Source of the DNA: an uncultured Rickettsiales bacterium
GTDB taxonomy: Bacteria; Pseudomonadota; Alphaproteobacteria; Rickettsiales; SXRF01
NCBI GenBank assembly: GCA_964535825.1
Contig: CAZHUC010000004.1
Location: 97,065 to 161,064, forward strand
Direction: 5' to 3'
DNA: 64,000 bases
The position numbers were made by a program, and so were the translations under genes. The notes under the pieces are model-generated. The model searched no databases. It was not told the DNA's origin and saw nothing but the letters and a program-made list of their open reading frames with translations. Numbering within the stretch: the first letter of the stretch is position 1; each line of letters begins with the position of its first letter. Of this stretch, positions 58,821 through 64,000 are shown piece after piece.

Positions 58821-58900
58821 CGTCATACCGGCGAAGGCCGGTATCCATTGCTTTCTTTACCAGATCCCCGGAACTCTCTACCACTCGTCCGGGGATGACG
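58821..58900. repeat. REP-like double-hairpin element (CGTCAT...ATGACG)
   Basis: CGTCATACCGGCGAAGGCCGGTATCCA ... GATCCCCGG...CCGGGGATGACG; same scaffold as 52881-52954. Confidence 0.75.
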
Positions 58901-58933
58901 GGAATCTAAGCGGCAAGCTGCTAAGATTTGCCG

Positions 58934-59326
58934 TCAATTTGGGCGTTTTAGCTGATCCGGGCTATCCAGTGAGAATGCCGGGATCACAACATTAAAACTC
59001 TCTCCGTCCATCGTGGTCATTTCATAATGACCTTTCATGATGCCAGAAGGGGTATGCAGCGCTGCGCCGCTGGTATACTGGTAAACATCACCGGGCTGGA
59101 GTACGGGCTGTTCACCCACCACACCTTCTCCATGTACTTCCTGTACTGAACCGGCAGCATCGGTGATGTGCCAGTAGCGGTTGATAAGCTGTACGGTCTC
59201 TTGCCCCATATTCTCCAACTGGATGGTGTATGCCCATACATACTGATGATCCAGTGGTTCTGACTGATCCCTTAGGAATGCAGGTGTGACCATGACCTTG
59301 ATAAGACGTGTGGTCTGCACATACAT
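58934..59326 (-). CDS. apaG: ApaG (Co2+/Mg2+ efflux-associated, DUF525)
   Basis: RYWHITD..G..QEVHGEGVVGEQP motif. Confidence 0.95.
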   Translation of the reverse strand: MYVQTTRLIKVMVTPAFLRDQSEPLDHQYVWAYTIQLENMGQETVQLINRYWHITDAAGSVQEVHGEGVVGEQPVLQPGDVYQYTSGAALHTPSGIMKGHYEMTTMDGESFNVVIPAFSLDSPDQLKRPN

Positions 59327-59330
59327 GGTC

Positions 59331-59933
59331 TTAACGAACCTGATTATTGCTGCTGGATTTTAGCAGGCTGAAGAATTCCTGCCTTGTGCGTGCATCACTG
59401 CGGAAGAGGCCGATCAGGTGGCTGGTCTGCATCACACTACCGGTTTTTTGTACGCCACGCATGGTCATGCACATATGCTGGGCTTCCACCACCACCGCAA
59501 CACCGCGAGGTTTAAGCAGATCGTTCAATGTATTAGCGATCTGGGCAGTGAATTTTTCCTGTATCTGTAACCGCTTGGCATAAATATCGACCAGGCGTGC
59601 AAGTTTGCTTAGGCCCAGCACCTTATCATTGGGGATATAGGCAATGTGCACACGGCCAGTGAACGGCACCATATGATGTTCGCAGTGGGAGCTGAAGTCG
59701 ATGTCCCTCAGTACGATCATCTCGTCGTAGCCTTCTACTTCCTTGAAGGTGCGTTGCAGCACATCTGCCGGATTCTGTTCGTATCCGCTAAAAAATTCGT
59801 CGAATGATTTGGTAACGCGTTTGGGGGTATCGACAAGTCCTTCACGCGTAGGGTCATCACCGGCCCAGCGTATCAATACGCGTACGGCTTCTTCGGCTTC
59901 TTCACGGGTAGGCTTGGAAATTTTTTTTGTCAT
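59331..59933 (-). CDS. folE: GTP cyclohydrolase I
   Basis: [17 protein letters not shown] and HMCMTMRG motifs. Confidence 0.97.
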   Translation of the reverse strand: MTKKISKPTREEAEEAVRVLIRWAGDDPTREGLVDTPKRVTKSFDEFFSGYEQNPADVLQRTFKEVEGYDEMIVLRDIDFSSHCEHHMVPFTGRVHIAYIPNDKVLGLSKLARLVDIYAKRLQIQEKFTAQIANTLNDLLKPRGVAVVVEAQHMCMTMRGVQKTGSVMQTSHLIGLFRSDARTRQEFFSLLKSSSNNQVR

Positions 59934-60000
59934 AAAACGCTGGTAATTTGTATTGGCTGCACACTATATAAGTAAGGAGAGCCCCGTTGCAACCCTATAA

Positions 60001-61065
60001 GTGTGGAAAGTAATGCTTAAGCAATCTGTTCCTTTCGTTGATTTGCGCGGCAAAACGCCGGTCGACCTGTTGCGCAGCTATCCCGACAAAGCAAGGCAGC
60101 TCATTTACGCCGCCCGCCAGACCTACGGGGCATTATCCTATATACCAAGCCTTTTGGCGCTGCCTGCGGCGGACATTTTCTCCCGCCGGTTGCTTAAACG
60201 CAACCAGAACCCGTACCTGCATGAGATCGAGACCATGGCAGGGGTGGTGGGTAGCGCAGGCATGTATTCCCTGAATATCTGCTTTGAGTGGGGCTGTACG
60301 ACCGGTGTATACCGCAACAGTGACAGCGTCTCCATGTTGCGCACACTGGACTGGCCATTCCCCAAGCTGGGCGAGCATGTGATGGTCGTGTGCCAGCAGG
60401 GTAACGCGGGAGTATTCTATAATATCACATGGCCCGGGCTATCCGGCATGTTCACGGGGCTAGCACCCGGACGTTTCTCAGCGGCTATCAATCAAGCGCC
60501 AATGCGTAAGCATGGCCTGACATTTGCCGGTGACTGGGTAAAGAATCGCATGGTTGCCGGGCAGGGGGCTGGCATTCCGCCGGCGCATCTTCTGCGTATC
60601 GTATTCGAGACCGCTTCAACTTATGAAGAAGCAAAATCAATGCTTATAAAAACGCCGATCGCTGTCCCTGCCATCTTTACACTGGCTGGCCTCAACCTTG
60701 GTGAAGGATGCGTCATCGAAAGGCTGGAAACAGCGGCAGAGGTGCGCGAGATCATGGCAGGGGTGAATGTATGCACTTCCAATCATTTCAACACTGCCTT
60801 CGCTGAGTTCGGTAAAGGCTGGTGGCCTCGTGAGATAGATAGTGCGGGCCGTTACAGGCAATCCTCTGCGTTCGCGGGGCATGATCTTGAACAGCCGGGA
60901 TTTGACTGGTTGCAAGCGCCGATCATCAACGCCAATACTCGACTTGCAGTGGTGATGGATGCGGCTACGGGACGCCTGATGGTGCAGGGCTATGAAGGGT
61001 CTGTCGCGGTGACCAATGTGTTCAATTTACCAGCAGCTAATCATGAATACCAACAAGCCATCTAA
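60001..61065 (+). CDS. Ntn-hydrolase of the acid ceramidase/NAAA/peptidase C45-like group
   Basis: Internal G-CTT (Cys99, codon 60295) followed by RTLDW, then FSAAINQ and TSNH; start GTG 60001 or ATG 60013. Confidence 0.7.
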   Translation: MWKVMLKQSVPFVDLRGKTPVDLLRSYPDKARQLIYAARQTYGALSYIPSLLALPAADIFSRRLLKRNQNPYLHEIETMAGVVGSAGMYSLNICFEWGCTTGVYRNSDSVSMLRTLDWPFPKLGEHVMVVCQQGNAGVFYNITWPGLSGMFTGLAPGRFSAAINQAPMRKHGLTFAGDWVKNRMVAGQGAGIPPAHLLRIVFETASTYEEAKSMLIKTPIAVPAIFTLAGLNLGEGCVIERLETAAEVREIMAGVNVCTSNHFNTAFAEFGKGWWPREIDSAGRYRQSSAFAGHDLEQPGFDWLQAPIINANTRLAVVMDAATGRLMVQGYEGSVAVTNVFNLPAANHEYQQAI

Positions 61066-61402
61066 CGAATTCCAGCGTCTGATAAAGGCATTCGGCTATT
61101 CCGTGCAGGGACTGAAAGCTGGCATGTTGCAACCTGCGTTCCGCGTGGAGATGCTTGGTTTACTGGTGCTTTTACCCTGTGCGTTCATTTTTGCGCAAAG
61201 CGGTGTTGAGAGAGCGTTACTTATTGGCAGCCTGCTACTCATACCTGTCGTGGAATTGCTGAATTCTGCGATTGAAGCGGCAATCGACCGTATCTCGCTG
61301 GAGCGTCATGAGTTGTCTGGCCGCGCTAAAGATATGGGCAGTGCTGCTGTGTTGCTGGCGCTGGTAAATGCTGCACTCATCTGGTTTGCAGTGTTGTGGT
61401 AG
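61043..61402 (+). CDS. dgkA: Diacylglycerol kinase (DgkA family)
   Basis: AFGYSVQGL, ELLNSAIEAAID and AKDMGSAAV motifs. Confidence 0.93.
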   Translation: MNTNKPSNEFQRLIKAFGYSVQGLKAGMLQPAFRVEMLGLLVLLPCAFIFAQSGVERALLIGSLLLIPVVELLNSAIEAAIDRISLERHELSGRAKDMGSAAVLLALVNAALIWFAVLW

Positions 61403-61405
61403 CAC

Positions 61406-62719
61406 ATGGAATTTGATGCACTTGATATTGATATAAAGCACCTGAAATATGGCCTTTTCGCCAAAAGACGTTTCCTGCCGATCTTCCTTGCGACATTCCT
61501 TGGTGCATTCAACGATAATTTGTTGCGCTCTGGCCTTGTGGTGCTTATCGCCTATTCTGCCAGCAAAGGCCTTGCCTTGCCTGTGCGCCCGGAAATTCTG
61601 GTAACGATATGCTCCGCATTGCTTGTGTTTCCCATCTTTCTATTTTCATCGATCGCCGGGCCACTGGCGGATAAGTTCGAGAAATCACGGCTGGTGCTCA
61701 TCACCAAGATCGCCGAGATGCTTATCATGTTCTGCGTGTTTTACGGTTTTGCCACGCAGAACATCTACCTGCTGATGGTGATGCTGTTCTTCAGCGGCAT
61801 GCACACCACCTTCTACAGCCCCATAAAATTCAGTATCCTGCCTGACCATCTGGCGAACCGCGAGCTGTTGGCAGCGAATGGGTTTATGGCTGCCGGTAGT
61901 TATCTGGCTATTCTTGGCGGGTTAATCGCGGGTGGATTGCTGGTGGAGATGGAAGGCAATATCATCGGTGGTGTGGCGATACTGATCGCAGGGGTGGGGC
62001 TTCTGGCCAGCCTGTTCATTCCAAAGTCGAGCATAGCAAACCCTAATGTAGAGCTGCATTTCAATATTTGGCAGGGCTCTCGCGCTATCATCCGTAATGC
62101 GACCTACGATATGAACAATTTCCGTGCGATCTTAGGGTTGTCGTGGTTCTTGCTGGTCGGTTCTGTGTATATGTCGCAATTTGCCAATTATGCGCAAGGC
62201 GTGGTGCGCGCAAATAACGAAGTATATATTTTGTTCCTTATGGTGTTCTCGGTCGGCATCGCGTTTGGCTCAATGGTGTGTGACACCTTGCTCAAAGGTG
62301 AGATCACCACAAAGCTCACGCCCTTCATGGCATTGGGCACTGCTATTTTTACATTCCTGATGGTGTTGGCCACGCCGCAGCCAACACATAACGAACTGAT
62401 GGGTTTGTGGGAATTTATCGATGCGCCATCGCACTGGCCGATGCTCGCCTGCATGCTTATGGTAGCTGTGTGCGGAGGCATATATATCGTTCCGTTATAT
62501 GCGTTCCTGCAGTCGCAGGCGCATGAAAAATTCCGTTCGCGCATTATGGCGGCAAGTAATATGTGTGATTCTGTATTTATGACGATTGCAGCTGTTGCAT
62601 CTGCCATACTTTTGATGTTAGGGTTTGGCATTCTCGATTTGTTCTTGGTATTGGCAACGCTTAACCTTGTGGTGGTCTGGTATGCATGGAAATTCACGCG
62701 GCAATCTTCGTCAGTTTAA
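61406..62719 (+). CDS. MFS transporter, LplT / Aas N-terminal lysophospholipid flippase-like
   Basis: FLPIFLATFLGAFNDN, GPLADKFEKS, FYSPIKFSILP and YIVPLYAFLQ motifs typical of the MFS part of fused alphaproteobacterial Aas. Confidence 0.85.
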   Translation: MEFDALDIDIKHLKYGLFAKRRFLPIFLATFLGAFNDNLLRSGLVVLIAYSASKGLALPVRPEILVTICSALLVFPIFLFSSIAGPLADKFEKSRLVLITKIAEMLIMFCVFYGFATQNIYLLMVMLFFSGMHTTFYSPIKFSILPDHLANRELLAANGFMAAGSYLAILGGLIAGGLLVEMEGNIIGGVAILIAGVGLLASLFIPKSSIANPNVELHFNIWQGSRAIIRNATYDMNNFRAILGLSWFLLVGSVYMSQFANYAQGVVRANNEVYILFLMVFSVGIAFGSMVCDTLLKGEITTKLTPFMALGTAIFTFLMVLATPQPTHNELMGLWEFIDAPSHWPMLACMLMVAVCGGIYIVPLYAFLQSQAHEKFRSRIMAASNMCDSVFMTIAAVASAILLMLGFGILDLFLVLATLNLVVVWYAWKFTRQSSSV

Positions 62720-64000
62720 TGCAGCCGACTATTCTAAACCCTTACTTTCTGCCCTGATAAAGGCGCAGAGCAGTTTTGGCAGGAAGACCTGCATCGCCAC
62801 TGATAGTATGGGGGGAGCACTTACTTACAAGGATTTGTTCGTTCGTTCTTCCGTGCTCAGACGTAAATTGTCGGGTCTGATCGGCAATGCTCAGTATGTG
62901 GGTGTGTTGTTGCCTAACTCGCTCGCTGTGGTGGTTGCTTTTCTATCATTGCACATGTTGAAGCGCGTGCCATGCATGTTGAACTTTTCTTCTGGTGAAG
63001 CCAGTATTTCACATGCCTGCAAAATTGCGGGGATGCAGACCATCATCACATCGCGCCTATTCATCGAAAAAGCAAAACTCGACCAGCTTATCAAGGCGCT
63101 ACAGAAGCATTACACCATCGTTTATCTCGAAGATATTCGTAAGCAGATCACATGGAAAGATAAAGTCTCCGGCTTGCTGGATGGGTTCTTTCCTTCTGTT
63201 GGGTTGCGCTCTGTACTTGGTTCTGTAAGCCCGGATGAGGCCGCGGTGGTGTTGTATACTTCGGGTTCCGAGGGTGTGCCTAAAGGCGTTGCGCTTTCTC
63301 ATGCCAATTTACTTAGCAACATCGCGCAGGCGCGCGCACGGCTCGACCTATCGCCACCACACATCATCTTTAATGCATTGCCTGTGTTTCATTCCTTCGG
63401 CCTCACGGTGGGAACGATCATGCCGCTGGTCTGCGGCCTGAGAACGCATTTATATCCAAGTCCGGTGCAATACAAGCAGATCCCGGAAGAAGTATTCACA
63501 TCAGAAGCGACGATCATGCTGGGTACAGATACATTCTTCCAGGGCTATGCACGCTATGCGGAGAAGCATCACTTCAGTCGTATACGACTCGCAGTTGCAG
63601 GTGCTGAGAAACTCAAGGAATCAACACGCAAGGCGTGGATAGAGCAATTTGGTGTTGATATTCTTCAGGGATATGGCGTGACGGAAGCAAGCCCTGTTAT
63701 ATCAGTGAACACACATGATGAACACAAGCCCGGCACGGTGGGCAAGCTCTTCCCAGCAATGGAATATAAACTTGAGCCGGTAGATGGGTTGGAGAAAGGC
63801 GCGCGTTTGTTGGTCAAAGGCCCGAATGTCATGCTGGGTTATCTTAAGGCGGATCAGGCAGGTGTCATTCAGCCGCAAGGTGCGTGGTATGATACAGGAG
63901 ATATCGTGGATGTAAGTGCCGATGGTTATATCTCTATTCTTGGACGTGCGAAACGCTTTGCAAAAATTGCCGGTGAAATGGTCTCGCTGACCGTAGTGGA
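62682..64000 (+). CDS. Aas-like acyl-ACP synthetase (AMP-binding domain only; 3'-truncated; absent from the ORF track because it has no stop)
   Basis: My translation of the frame from ATG 62682: VGVLLPN, LNFSSG, VLYTSGSEGVPKGVALSHAN (63255), GYGVTEASP, WYDTGDI, GRAKRFAKIAGEMVSL. Confidence 0.9.
   Translation, partial: MHGNSRGNLRQFNAADYSKPLLSALIKAQSSFGRKTCIATDSMGGALTYKDLFVRSSVLRRKLSGLIGNAQYVGVLLPNSLAVVVAFLSLHMLKRVPCMLNFSSGEASISHACKIAGMQTIITSRLFIEKAKLDQLIKALQKHYTIVYLEDIRKQITWKDKVSGLLDGFFPSVGLRSVLGSVSPDEAAVVLYTSGSEGVPKGVALSHANLLSNIAQARARLDLSPPHIIFNALPVFHSFGLTVGTIMPLVCGLRTHLYPSPVQYKQIPEEVFTSEATIMLGTDTFFQGYARYAEKHHFSRIRLAVAGAEKLKESTRKAWIEQFGVDILQGYGVTEASPVISVNTHDEHKPGTVGKLFPAMEYKLEPVDGLEKGARLLVKGPNVMLGYLKADQAGVIQPQGAWYDTGDIVDVSADGYISILGRAKRFAKIAGEMVSLTVV

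Noticed and set aside
59926-59940. TGTCAT-AAAAC near the folE start (also at the xseB start) as a further regulon box
   Set aside because: It is only the reverse complement of ATG-ACA start codons; the second half-site and the -10 geometry are absent
62640-62760. MFS/ligase junction as a frameshifted pseudogene
   Set aside because: A simple frameshift cannot explain the absence of a whole acyltransferase domain, and both ORFs have intact motifs, so I treated them as two genes
1-64000. Many long opposite-strand or off-frame ORFs in the ORF track (e.g. 1645-2217, 22356-23123, 37515-38255, 50884-51726)
   Set aside because: They are shadows of well-supported genes in GC-rich coding DNA and show no motifs or RBS
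1-64000. CRISPR arrays, tRNA/rRNA genes, transposases, integrases, inteins
   Set aside because: No regularly spaced repeats, cloverleaf-like sequences or such protein motifs were seen; intergenic gaps are short, and dnaE and uvrD are of normal length

Overview
A 64 kb stretch of an alphaproteobacterial chromosome. Lineage is inferred from the nuoG-N-birA-coaX-rnj-mce-DUF1467-proS-lolC-lolD-dnaE gene order, the short ProS, the three-gene transhydrogenase and DUF1674. Most of the window is housekeeping: complex I, cofactor and folate synthesis, def-fmt-truA, gltX/comEC, uvrD, an RND pump, H+-PPase, pnt, ispA/xseB and folE. I found no rRNA, tRNA, CRISPR array or transposase. Orphan genes interrupt this backbone. 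(1) A four-gene cassette of glycine-zipper membrane-hairpin proteins lies between rnj and mce (12842-15641). (2) A PhoB/OmpR-like direct-repeat box sits exactly 22 nt upstream of a -10 hexamer at two promoters of that cassette and at an unlinked orphan 43 kb away, pointing to a hidden regulon. (3) That unlinked orphan shares a C-terminal ISRA[DE]LG...MSLG tail with another orphan at 18.5 kb. Other oddities are a GNAT acetyltransferase fused to the SDH assembly factor SDHAF4/DUF1674, an apparent lipid-salvage operon (acid-ceramidase-like hydrolase, dgkA, LplT-like MFS, and an Aas synthetase lacking its acyltransferase domain), twin CsoR-type operators before a 60-aa lipoprotein, and a DedA gene inside the nuo operon. 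All family calls come from motif recognition by eye; no database searches were run.
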